Source of the DNA: Octopus vulgaris
Taxonomy: Eukaryota
Reading direction: 5' to 3'
Length of the DNA stretch: 64,000 nt
Assembly (NCBI GenBank): GCA_951406725.2
Contig: OX597814.1
Location: 24,056,001 to 24,120,000 of the forward strand
Made by a program: the position numbers and the translations under genes. The notes below the pieces were generated by a model. The model was not told the DNA's origin and did no database searches. It worked only from the letters and a program-made list of their open reading frames with translations. Position 1 is the first letter of the stretch. Each line of letters starts with the position of its first letter. Positions 12,330 through 24,410 of this stretch are shown piece after piece.

Positions 12330-12782
12330 AGTTATGTCACAATACAGCTAATATGCATAACCTTTCATTATCTGATACAAGATCACCTCCTCCAGTTGCC
12401 CCTCCCCTCTCAAAGATTCCTTGTCTTGCAAGTTATTTGGTGACCCTGCCTGTGCTGGTGCTACATATAAAACATCTAGTCTACACTGTAAAGTGGTTGA
12501 CATTTGGAAGGACGTCCAACTGTAAAACCCTTGCTAAAACTGACCTCACATGTGCTGGTGCCATGTAAAAAGCATTCAGTCCATTCCGTTGGGTAGTTTG
12601 GTGTTAGGAAGGGCATTCAGCCATAAAAACTGTCAAAACAGACACAAGCCTGGTGTAGTCTTCTGCATGGCTAGTGCCTATCAGACCATCCAAGCCATAT
12701 CAGCATGGAAGGCAGATGTTAAACAGTGATGACGATGAAGAGGAGGATGGTGGTGGTGGTGGTGATGATGATGATGATGATG
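12330..12782 (+). mobile_element. Family C-related element, diverged
   Basis: Two copies of the gtgctggtg..aaaagca..ggttg..ggaagg module and a (GGT/GAT)n tail. Confidence 0.7.
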
Positions 12783-12803
12783 TCACGTGGAAACAAAAAT
12801 AAG

Positions 12804-13198
12804 TGTGCAGGGGTGGCTGTGTGGTAAGTAGCTTGTTTACCAGCCACATGGTTCTGGGTTCAGTTGCACTGTGTGGCACTTTGGCAAGTGTCTTCTACTA
12901 TAGCCTCGGGCCGACCAAAACCTTGTGTGTGGATTTCGGAGACAGAAACTGAAAGAAGCCCATCGTATATATGTATATGTATATATGTGTGTTTGTGTGT
13001 TTGTGTGTCTGTGTTTGTCCCCCCAACATCGCTTGACAACCGATGCTGGTGTGTTTACGTCCCCGTAACTTAGCAGTTTGGCAAAAGAGACCGATAGAAT
13101 AAGTACTAGGCTTACAGAGATTTGCTTGACTAAAGGCGATGCTCCAGCATGGCCGCAGTCAAATGACTGAAACAAGTAAAAGAGTAAAAGAGTAAAGA
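12804..13198 (+). mobile_element. Family A SINE, full length
   Basis: Head GTGGCTGTGTGGTAAGTAGCTTG..GGGTTCAGT, CORE-like segment, (GTAAAAGA)3 tail. Confidence 0.9.
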
Positions 13199-13385
13199 GA
13201 GAGCGTTAAAGAAAATCTACTTAACTTTTCAATTCTTTTATGGTGGATCTTGATTTGCTCTTCCGTTGTTGTCCTTGTTGTGGTTCAGCCTTGTTTTCCT
13301 CATTGATCTTCTAATGAAGTTTATTTTCTTAGGTTCTGAAAGACCTTTCTGGCTTCTCTTAAATAACTAACTTATCTTTATAATA

Positions 13386-13771
13386 AGGAGGAAGCACTCC
13401 ATCGGTTACGACGACGAGGGTTCCGGTTGATCCGATCAACGGAACAGCCTGCTCATGAAATTAACGTGTAAGTGGCTGAGCACTCCACAGACACGTGTAC
13501 CCTTAACGTAGTTCTCAGGGATATTCAGCGTGACACAGAGAGTGACAAGGCCGGCCCTCTGAAATACAGGTACAACAGAAACAGGAAGTAAGAGTGAGAG
13601 AAAGTTGTGGTGAAAGAGTACAGCAGGGATCACCACCATCCCTGCCGGAACCTCGTGGAGCTTTAGGTGTTTTCGCTCAATAAATACTCACAACGCCCGG
13701 TCTGGGAATCGAAGCCGCGATCCTACGACCACGAGTCCGCTGCCCTAACCACTGGGCCATTGCGCCTCCTC
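13386..13771 (-). mobile_element. tRNA-derived SINE (possibly octopus OR-type), 13-bp TSD
   Basis: Head GGAGGCGCAATGGCCCAGTGGTTAGGGCAGCGGACTCGTGGTC..TTCGATTCCC; CpG-rich, so probably young. TSD tatctttataata at 13373-13385 and 13772-13784. Confidence 0.9.
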
Positions 13772-14082
13772 TATCTTTATAATACATACTAAAGTACAGA
13801 GTTAATACTAACACAGCTGGTGTCCTACTTCAGATCAGCACATCAACAGAGCTATTCATTCTTTTAACTCTGGGTCAGCTGGATCCAGGTTAAGGTTCAT
13901 CCTCTTCAACATGAAAGACCTAGTGCTTCACAGTTGTGATGACACATAATAACGAGATAACTACAGTTTATTACGACAAGTGACCAGTCACTTCCCACTG
14001 TATTCGTAGTGTGTATTCGTAGACATATTGCTTAAGGTACAAAACATTATTTAAATTCAAAATAAATCGATATTTTGATATA

Positions 14083-14214
14083 CCACCACTACGACGACCA
14101 CCACCACCACCACCACCACCACCACCACTGCCGCTACCATTACTGCTGCCGCCACTGCCGCCGCCACTGCCACCGCTGCTACAGCCACCACCACCACCAC
14201 CACCACCATTACTA

Positions 14215-14267
<53 letters not shown>

Positions 14268-14366
14268 ACTACTACTACTACTACCACTACTACTACTACC
14301 ACTACTACTACCACTACCACTACTACCACCACCACCACCACCACCACCACCACCACCACCACCACC

Positions 14367-14424
<58 letters not shown>

Positions 14425-14440
14425 ATACTGCTGCTACTAC
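14083..14440. repeat. Compound trinucleotide microsatellite (CAC/TAC/TGC/CGC)n
   Basis: ~360 bp of in-register trinucleotide blocks. Confidence 0.95.
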
Positions 14441-14921
14441 TTTCAGAAGAAAAATTGTTTTGTTATTGACCCTAAAATGTCTTGTACAGAACAGAAACAG
14501 TAGAAAAGGACAAAATTCAAAGTGATGGACAGGTTTTACATGTTAAATGGGGTAACAAAAATAAAAACAACAAAGAAAATCCTACAAAACCAAAACTCTT
14601 CCATGGATGGAAACACTGCTGAGATGAGGTTGAGGAAAACCTCACAAAAGCTGGATTGCTCTCACCACGAGAGCAGGCACAGTTCTTGATTATCATCTTT
14701 CTACCTTCAGGTATATGCTTAGTGCATATCTGCTGATCATACCATCTGTACTACATTCATCCACTTTTCAAAGTTTTTCCCTGGAGCAGCCTTTCTCTCT
14801 CTACCCTCTCTTTCCTTTCCTTTTCAAGTGAAACATGAAACGGTTGATGTGAGCCTGGCCAAAGAAAAAAAATGTCTATTGTCAGTCTTTTTAACCTCAT
14901 CCACCACACAATTACTTTCAT

Positions 14922-14922
<1 letters not shown>

Positions 14923-14960
<38 letters not shown>

Positions 14961-14975
14961 TTACTGCTGCTGCTG

Positions 14976-15038
<63 letters not shown>
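14923..15038. repeat. (TAC)n/(TGC)n microsatellite
   Basis: Seen directly in the sequence. Confidence 0.95.
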
Positions 15039-15740
15039 TCAGAGAGAGGAAAATTGTCTGCACATCTCAACCAAAAGAATGTGACAGGTCATTTTTTCAA
15101 AATGGACTTGATTGATAAACAATAACCGTTCCACAAAATTCCACATGATAGCAATGCTAAGATTCTGACAGTTTGTGCAGTATGATTTTGATACTCTGTG
15201 TACATCCCGGAGAGATCTGGATGACAGCAATTAAGTGCTTGAAGGGGTTATCTTGAAGTGACAACATCAACCACTGGGACTGCTAAGTCAGGGATTTATG
15301 GACATTATCCATTATTCTTGGGCTAAAAGTTCTTTAGAACAGGTGCACGTTGTCATTCTTCCCCACCACTAATTCTCTATAGAGCACCAGCATGGAAGTT
15401 CCACTGACATCATTACCCAACTAGTAGAGGGCTGTGAGTGCCTAACAACAGGTGCCCAGTCTTTGTATTCATTTGAATGTATAATAGAAAAACTCTGTCA
15501 GGGAATGATCTGCGTAAAAGAATGCTGAACAAAACCTGACTACACCTGCTCACTGTCGAGGAATCTTTGTAGATTCGACTGCCTCAGCATGTGCATGCAC
15601 ATTAATAGCAACAAATAAGCTCAGATGGTGAGCTTAAACAGTTTGCTTTCATAAGAAATGGAAGTGCAGGCATTCTAACCTGACTAGACGTGAAACGGGA
15701 CAAGGTACAATAGTCAAGCCATAATATATCACAGGGGCAA

Positions 15741-15956
15741 GGTGGCGAGTTGGCAGAAACATTAGCATGCCAGTCAAAATGCTTAGTGGCATTTTGTCTG
15801 TCTTTACGTTCTGAGTTCAAATTCCGCCGAGGTTGACTTTGCCTTTCATCCTTTCAGGGTCGATAAATTAAGTACCAGTCGAGTACTGGGGTCGATCTAA
15901 TCGACTGCCCTCTTCTACAAAATTTCTTGCCTTGTACCTAGAGCAGAAAAGAAAAG
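15741..15956 (+). mobile_element. Family B SINE (Meta-domain-like), full length
   Basis: GGCGAGTTGGCAGAA head, B box GAGTTCAAATTCC, central GCCTTTCATCCTTTCAGGGTCGATAAATTAAGTACCAG; imperfect ~17-bp TSD aatatat(c/g)acaggg(g)caa. Confidence 0.85.
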
Positions 15957-16379
15957 AATATATGACAGGGCAAATTATATGTTCATCGTCACTGCCCGAC
16001 CATTCGAGGATTGGTTTTCTTTGACTATTTCTTGGTGTAGTTGACTACTCTGCTCATAATCACATCTAAGTTTCTATCTACGTGAAGGTCCACTCTGGCC
16101 CAAATCCCAAACATCTTTACATGACCATCCGTCCAGCATCGTACACTGCAGTTTGATTGTATGGAGTTGCCTCTTAAGTTGCCAAGTTCTGAGTATACTG
16201 ACTTGTCTTGCATAAATTTTGCTCTGGTTAAAGTTTCATTTTCTATTAGAATGGTGCCGATCGATGCCCTTATCAGCTTGTCTGCATCGATACCCTTATC
16301 AGCTTGTCTGCATCTCTGTTCAGACGTAATGCTTCTTAACAACACCTATTTCCACAGTTATGGCTCGCATTAGCCGAAT

Positions 16380-17060
16380 TTTTAGTATGATTATAATTGA
16401 CTTCGAAGTCATTTTTATTAAAGAATTTTTTAATAAGATTATGGAGGCAGTGTTTACTTATAAAATACTTAAACTTGCGATAATATAAGATGTCACATTT
16501 AAACTGAAAGGGAGGTGGAGGGTCAACAGAATAATCTTTCTGTTTATATTCATCTTATCTTTATATTATGATGGATGTATTTTTCTTTAAATCCATTCTC
16601 TTATAAGATCATTGTAATAATCTACAACACTGTTAAAGAATTTTTATCTGAAGATATATTGGAAATTTGTTTACTAAGGTTACTGATTGATATCTTTATA
16701 ACTACATGAGAGAAGGGGAAAAAATGTCTATTATTGGAATCTAATTTTCATTAGGGTTTCTCTATGATGGTATTTGCCTGTCTTTAAGCCTAAAGTTAAG
16801 TCTGGTATGTTTACAATAGTTATATTAGTTTTAACAATAATCTTTAAATTAAATGCTTTGCAAGTTTCTATAAAACCTTTTCTGAGTCAATCGAGATGAT
16901 AACCATTCATGTAGTGAGGGAATTGAAGCCATAATTTCCTCAATACTGTCTTAGTATTAAGGAATTAAATTTGTTTTTCAAAGAGTGTTTACAATTTGTT
17001 ATCACACTTACAGCCAGAATTTCAGCTCCATCACATCTTCATGTCAACTATCAAACAAAC
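16380..17060 (-). mobile_element. Penelope-like element RT/thumb relic
   Basis: Minus translation with frameshifts: DGAEI..; CKAFNLKIIVKTNITIVNIPDLTLGLKTGKY..; NLSKQISNISSDKNS..DYYND..; RKII..PFSLNVTS. These match Penelope RT motifs (DGAE, VNFLDVTL, RKIIWFNPPFS). Confidence 0.7.
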
Positions 17061-18329
17061 TGTAACTGTCATTTTTTTTTCTTTTGCACATGAGGAATCA
17101 TAAAAAAAGGAGATACTTTTGAGTTTTTATAAGCGTTACAATTTGAAATCAGTTTCACTGGCAAAGGTAAAATAATCATTATATAATTTGTAAAAGATAA
17201 ACAGGAATTGCATGGGTTTCATTTGATGGACATTCTGGTCACCTGTAAAGTTTCAGAAAATTTCAAAATGATTTTAAGTAGGGAAAAAGCTTCTGTTCAA
17301 ACCTTGAGACATATCTCAGTGACTGATGGGTTAAGCAATAGTTTAGAGCTATACTCCATTTATCTTGCGTAAATCAAAATACATGCTGCTGATATGAAGT
17401 TGTATTGAGCTCCTGACTAGTTTTGTACACAAAATAAATTGACACACACTCTATCAACCTTGTCTCTCTTCCTCTCTTATGCATATACGTGTATAGGCAC
17501 ATTATGCATATATATTTATTGGGATAGGGAGAGATATATATGCATGCTTATATAAATGCCGATATTTATACATACATATATTCGTAGTGTAATTTAAACT
17601 TCAAATTACTTGACAAATTAAAGTATTAAGAACTTCATCTGAATTTCCATTCGTGTATTGTAATTTTATCTCACGTTGTTAAGCTCAAGTTTGAACGTTC
17701 TACAGATTATATTTAGAAAAAAACCCAATAAAATATGAGAGTTTGTCTTTAAAAGGCTTAAACTATCTTACATATGTTTCAATGGCATAAGGTGATTATT
17801 GTCACATCTGTTTTGTAGATGTATAGATAACACTCTTCCTCATATCTACTTCGTTTTTGTCTGGCATATGTAAAATTTCTTTCTTGCTCACCTGTTATAT
17901 AGACTCCTTCCATAACCTATGCATTACAGTCATGGACCGTTCTTCGATTGCTACCACTGCTGTGACATATTACCCTCAAAGTACTATGTTTTATAATTAA
18001 ATGTCTCTGATGACATGGCAGCGAATGTGTACTACATAATTTGTAGTTTTGCACTGTGTAACCCATAGTCACCTTATGTTACTGAAGCATATGTAAGAAA
18101 GTGTAACTAAACATATTTTATAACAAACTCCTATGTTTTTTTCTTTTCTATACACACTCACACATGCGTACAAGTGCATGTGCGAAAAAATAGGGTTTAT
18201 ATATTTGAACGACCACTTGGTTGACTGTGTACGTCTGCAGGTAGGGAATAGAAGAATTGTAATCGATATAAATCCTCAGCTATCATCTGACATGCAGCAT
18301 GGGAGTTTTATTTTAAAAGAGACGAGGAA

Positions 18330-20330
18330 GAATTAAACCATGTGTTGAGGAATAGAAATCAGTTCACTTTTTGTTAATGATTGAGGTAGCAATTGTATTT
18401 AATGTGGTGTTTCTCTGTAAGACATAAGTTGCTCTCCCTTGTGTAACTCTGTCTATATGATGCTTGTAGTCTCTTCCTTTTATCTTCATTTTCAAATGTG
18501 TCTTAAACGTTCTGTTGTTTTTGAAGTAGTGATGACAGAACAAGCTAATGTGCTGTTATAGGAAACATTTGAAAATGCTCAGTAAGCCCAATGCAACTTG
18601 TTGATATGTTACTGGGTGAGGGGAGCCATTAGTAGAGTATGCAATGCATTTCTCTAGGCATTTTCACTTCAGGGAGCTGAACTTTTTATTATAGAAATTT
18701 TATATTGTCCCTGCTTGCATTATTTGTGTGTTGGGCCTTAATAGCACATATTTCCCCTTCAGTTGTAGGTTTACCTTAACGTTGTATTTATTGCATATGT
18801 ATGGCTTTCAAGAAATGCTATTAGGCTTGGGAGGTGAAATATTTTTCAACACTAACTTTTACATCAACATTGTATGGTAGGTAAAAATCAACCTTCCCAG
18901 TAAATTTTAGGGTTGGTGCAAAGTAATGATGGGAAGTAGTTAATTCCTTATTATTATTGGCTTTGGTGATACTATGCTATGCAGCACTACTGAAGGTGGG
19001 CACATTTAAAGATTATACAATTATTCTCTTGTTGTTTATAATTGGTATATGTTTTATGATGTTTGGTAGATGGTTAAGTGTTGATGTATAGTGTAGCACC
19101 ATTGGATCTTTGAAGAGCTTGTATGATTTCCAGTTTAGTTAATGCATGATATGCAGGCAGTTTTCCTTTGTAAAGGCATCTTCATCTGTCAATTTCAGGC
19201 CAAGTTTGTTGAATATTGTAACTCATCTTCCGAAAACGACTACTATACATCTGCTCACACTGTTTGAAATTAAGAGGCTATCACCCACTGTAAAATGTGA
19301 GGTATTATACTTGCTAGAAGCAAGTACACTACCTCACATTACACAAATTCATAAATACTCTCTGCAATGGCATTAGAACCATACCTTCTATCCTTAAACT
19401 AGCTTATATCATTGTTAATAAGGAGGGATATCCTGGTATGCATAATAATTTATGGGTCATTTTGTGTTTATGTTTATGTGTTATCTAGCATAATGGGGGA
19501 AATTTTAGAAGGAACTTCTAGAAGATATGTGGATAAAAATCAATGATACTGAATAGGATAAATTCATATTTTTATTTGTCTTTGATGCCTTTGAACAACT
19601 TGGTGGTTGACACGGTATTATTCGCCTGATTCAAACTGGTCTACTTCCTTGAGTTAACATTTACTCTAATTAAATATAGATATAAATATCAGAAAAATAA
19701 AAGGTTATCAAGTGATTACAAATTAAATTTGTATTGAGTATAGACATTGTACAGTAAATATATTAAGTTGACTTGTGTAGTTTGAAATTTATATGAATAT
19801 TATTAGATTTGTGTTAGATTTGTATCTCTTATTTATCTATATTATATTTGTAAGGATGTTTAATTATCTAAAGAATCTATACTATTAATATAATTATTAC
19901 TTAATGATTTCTCATTAATAAATTTAATAGATTGATTTAGTGTGTATTTATTTAGAGAATTTAGAAAATAAAAGTTGAACATCTCATTATTTTATCATTT
20001 TACTAATACTACTAAAGTCATATCTGGCAGTAGTAATGAGTCTATGTTTGGATGAGATTAAAGACATATATGCTTGTGGTTCTTCAATAAGCAGAAATCT
20101 ATTTGGGGGCATGGTGTGTGTCTTGAAGGCTATGTTTTGTGGGTGATTGTTGCACTTCTGTAGTGATTTCACTGTATGCGTTTCTTCTACTTGATTTGTC
20201 AGATTTTATTACGATATTCTACAAGAAGTTATTGTAAGTATCTTTAATTACATCACACAAATTCATTGTTTTCTCTGCAAATTTGAATAAAATTTGAAAA
20301 ATAAGTCTGAGTATAACTTGTGTATGAAGT
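18330..20330 (-). mobile_element. Penelope-like element, long decayed ORF (RT to GIY-YIG)
   Basis: Collinear degenerate motifs on the minus strand: KHRLITTARYDFSSISK (cf. CRLINPAKSDIGKISK), LNQANNT..FILFSIIDFYPHI, IFNKLGLKLT, NHLPNIIKHIP, PYNVDVKVSV, CIGLTE (GIY-YIG). Confidence 0.7.
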
Positions 20331-20357
20331 CATTGTTTATTATTATTATTATTATTA

Positions 20358-20573
20358 TCATTCAGTAGTTTTATTTTTATAGCATGCTTTCTCTTCACTA
20401 CCGAGCGTGGCTCTGTGTGCCTTGGGTATGTGCTGTGATTTGTTGTGATGCTCTGATGGTTACTGTATTGAAAGTGTTCTGTGTAGGATGTGTGCAGTGC
20501 TTAGTAGTGCAATTTTCTGTATGTTATATGTGTTTTTAAGTTCTGGTATTTTTGTTATGTATTTGTCTGAATA

Positions 20574-20580
<7 letters not shown>
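20358..20580 (-). mobile_element. Dong/R4-like RLE non-LTR retrotransposon 3' end inside (TAA)n
   Basis: Minus translation IKYSDKYITKIPELKNTYNIQKIALLSTAHILHRTLSIQ* (cf. QKxxLLGTAxILR of R4/Dong) plus a 3' UTR; (ATT)n on both sides. Confidence 0.75.
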
Positions 20581-20642
<62 letters not shown>

Positions 20643-21530
20643 GTGTTCTTTGTCTTGTTGGAGAAGGTACAATGCAACATGTTCTAATTTTGGCAAAGAA
20701 AATATTGAGAAGTTTTGAATTTTGAACCAATTTCCTATTGTGTGGTTTTGTTATCTGCTCTGGAGGGAGCTAGTTTTTTTATCATCTATATTTTATCCCT
20801 ATTTCAGTCTTTTCATTGAGTGTTTTAGAAGCAGACTTTCCTGGGTGCCAGTGGAATGATTCTGATCACTTTCATGTATATTCTATTCATTGGTGACACT
20901 CTGTGTTAATGTTTAAAGTTTACATATGGAGATAGCATTTATGTGGTCTTATAAGTATATAGTTACCCAAGGAAGAATTTGGAAACATTTTGCCAAGTTG
21001 AAAATCGTTGCCAAATCAAAATATTGAACATAGGGTGGCAAATGATTTAGAGTCCCTTGCTGAGTTCATAAATGTCTATATTTTGAATAACATTTACCAT
21101 GAAATACTGGTAGCCCCTCCTTTATATTTCAATTTCCAAATATACTTTGAAAGGATTATGTCGTAATACAGGTAGTGATGACTGAATGAGTTGTTGTACA
21201 GGTGCAAGAATCTTTTGAGGGAATACCCTGTAATCCTTGGCTAAGTTGTTGCCAGACAGTAAAATAAGCCTAGAACCGATGGGACTTGTAACTGAAAAGC
21301 AACTTTCTTAACAACATTATTATACCTTTACCCTCGCTAGTAGCAAAAAAGGAAGCAAACAATATATAATTGAAGAACAAATATAAATACCAACCTTTCA
21401 TCATTATTACAAATACTAAATACATAATTAAAGGCACATATATTTTTGTGAATTAATAGACATTTCTACATAAAAGCTAATAGTTTTACTGTAAAATAGC
21501 CATTACAAAATTAAGAACAATTAATTGATA

Positions 21531-21730
21531 ATACAGTTCTATATTTAAGGGATGAGGAATTATTCACATTATTTAAATTATTTACATTTGACAAATATTT
21601 GTCCTCATCTTGTTTGTTGTTAGCACATTTCGGCTGATATACCCTCCAGCCTTCATCAGGTGTCCTGGGGAAATTTTGAACCTGGGTTCTCATTCCTAAG
21701 TATTTTTCAGTGTTATCATTATTATTATTA

Positions 21731-21779
<49 letters not shown>

Positions 21780-21875
21780 CATTATTATTATTATCATTAT
21801 TATTATTATTATTCAGGTCAAACTCGGAATCAAACTCGGAATCTTGGGGTTAGTAGCCCATGCTCTTAATTGATT
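21531..21875 (-). mobile_element. SINE-like element: tRNA-like head + (AAT)n spacer + hammerhead-core-containing body
   Basis: Minus strand: TTAAGAGCATGGGCTACTAACCCCAAGATTCCGAGTTTGATTCC (tRNA-like anticodon and T arms), ~100 bp (AAT)n, then GACAC-CTGATGA-A-GGCTG-gagggtatat-CAGCC-GAAA. A piece of the 3' end recurs at 26944-26992. Confidence 0.65.
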
Positions 21876-22059
21876 ATATGATATTCAGCTTTATAGTGGC
21901 ACAAGCAAGAGTACTGGCCTTGTCTGTATTTATACAGAATATCAGGAAAAAATTGCATTGTTGATAATCTTAGGGTGATGTACTTTTATGCAAAATTCCT
22001 TCTACATAGGTGCAAAATTGTGACCTAGAACATGGAACATCATGTATAAATTCCCCATG

Positions 22060-22457
22060 TCTGTGCTAAGAAGCTTGTTTCCAAACCACATTGTCCTGGG
22101 TTCAGTCCCACTGCATGGCACCTTGGGCAAGTGTCTTCTACTATAGCCTCAGGCCAACCAAGGCCTTGTGAGTGGATATGGTAGATGGAAACTGAAAGAA
22201 GCTTATCATATATAACGTATGTGTGTGTGTGTGTGTCTATGTTCTATGTTTACCCCTCCACAAACGCATACACTTCCCCACCTTTGCTTGACAACTGATC
22301 CTGGTGTATTTGTGTCCCCATTCATTAGTAGTTCGGCAAAAGACACCAGTAGAGTAAGTACTATTTGATTTGTTTAACTAAAACCTTTCAAGGCAGTGCT
22401 CCAGCATGGCTACAGTCCAATGACTGAAACAAATAAAAGAATGAAAGAATAAAAGAA
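22060..22457 (+). mobile_element. Family A SINE, followed by an antisense family C fragment (22463-22640)
   Basis: gggttcagtcccactgcatggcaccttgggcaagtgtcttctactatagcc..gtgctccagcatggctacagtccaatgactgaaac. Confidence 0.85.
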
Positions 22458-23829
22458 TATATATCATCATCATTATCATCATCGTTTAACATCCTCCTTC
22501 CATGTTAGCATAAGCTGGACGATTTGACAGGAGCTGGCCTAATAGAAGACTGCATCCTATTTCTGTCTGTTTTGGGATGGTTTTTATAGCTAGATGCCCT
22601 TCCTAACACCAACCACCCCACAGAGTCGGCTAAGTACTTTTAAATAAGATTCCCAAGTGATTGAGATCTAGAAGAACAACTATTAAGTCCTGAGTTCAAA
22701 ATGATTGTTTTTGATTTGTTTCTGAGCAAAACAATTTATTTTAGGGCACTTCATTTTATCTAGATAGTTGAAAACTCAATGCTTAGAATACATTGCTGCC
22801 CTATTTTGGAGATTTTTCTCATGTTTGTCTCATTCCATGAAGCCAAAACTAGCGATTAACCTCTAAAATGTCCCTGATGCTTAGAAGGCAAATTACATAG
22901 TATTTTTTAGTATATAAAAAACTTTTGAATACAATTTCCTGTGAAGGCACCCTGTTTAGCATATATAGCTTTTTTTAGAAGTAATTTTTTACAATGCAAG
23001 TAGTTGGTATCAAATATAATATTCATACTTTCAATTTCATTTTATCGAAACATCAAGGAAGCATGGTTGGGATTTTTCATGTAATTTCAGTGAAGAAGAG
23101 GGATCTTCTGTACGATCCAGCGGAACTGGATAGCATTGAAGTAGTTTATTAATTCTGTGATACAAACCTTAAAACAAGAAGCAATTTTTGTACGAAAACC
23201 ATCTTCTCTCTGTAGATTTGATACACTTGAACAGATTAAATGGAAGGCCTCAAAAATATTATTTATAGTGTATGAAAAAAAATTTATATCATATAATGTA
23301 CATTAGAAGAGAATTTGAGAAATGATAACATGAAGAAAGTGATTCACACCTAAAGGAAATGTAATATTTAAAAGTTTTCATATAAAAAGCTGAAATATAA
23401 AATAATTTCCTTGGATTTAAATCAAAATTTCCTGTTTTTAATTGAACAAGTTTGAAATATGACATGAAATTTAAATCTTAGAAATATTAAGTTCATTTTG
23501 TTTGTTTGCTTTTCACACCCCGTATTAGATTATTGGAAAATATTAATGAATGTGTTTGACACCCATCACTGGCACCCATATACATTCACATACTCACACA
23601 CACAAACACGTACACATATATATCAAGACTTTAAAAAGGTGTATGTGGTTATGAGAAATTACATGTTTTAAGCAGAGAATCATGTTCATCTGACTAAACT
23701 ATCACTTTTTGGTCACCATACACACACATACATTCATAAATATATATCTATATTTCATATATATATATGAGGGGAAATTATCTGCACTTTCACCATAACA
23801 TATTCTTATTATTGTCACACTGCCTTCTG

Positions 23830-24050
23830 CACATGCATGCTTATAGTTGGTACTATTGTGGTCACATGATCGAAGTTTGAGACTGATCATGCCATTTTTC
23901 ACTTGTGATCTGTAGTAAGCTCTCTTGGCCCCCATCTTGCACAGACTTTATAGAAGCTGATCTCATTGTGGATGATTCATTTCACTACTAGTCGAAGTTC
24001 CTTTTGCATATGGTGCATTCATTCAGACAATACTGTCAATAGTTTACTCA
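23830..24050 (-). mobile_element. Mariner transposase N-terminal relic
   Basis: Minus translation IIHNEISFYKVCARWGPRELTTDHK, the mariner WVPxEL linker motif. Confidence 0.75.
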
Positions 24051-24359
24051 GCACAACATGTTTAAATAACAAAAGATGTATCATGAACTCATTCATAATA
24101 CATCATCATCATCGTGATCACCATCATGATCTTGATCATCACGTAACGCTCATTTTCCATGCCTGCATGGGTTGGATGGTGTGACCAGAGCTGGTAAACA
24201 GGACAGCTGTACCAGGTTCCAGCCTGATTTGGCTTGCTTTCAATCGCTGGATGCTCTTCCTAATGCCAACCACTTTACAGAATGTGCTGGATGCCCTTTT
24301 TGCTTGGCATCAGCATGAGTGCTTTCCATGTAGACCAGCATGGGTGTTTTTATGTGGAA

Positions 24360-24410
<51 letters not shown>

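Noticed and set aside
13690-13771. tRNA gene
   Set aside because: A and B boxes are present, but the acceptor stem is not closed and it continues into a SINE body with TSDs; the same applies to 10448 and 36480.
14057-15115. Poly-Val/His/Tyr/Thr ORFs
   Set aside because: Translations of trinucleotide microsatellites.
16261-16312. 26-bp tandem duplication with CTGATAAG on the minus strand beside a PLE relic, a possible hammerhead
   Set aside because: The core deviates from CUGANGA and no stem II-GAAA follows; at most a decayed remnant.
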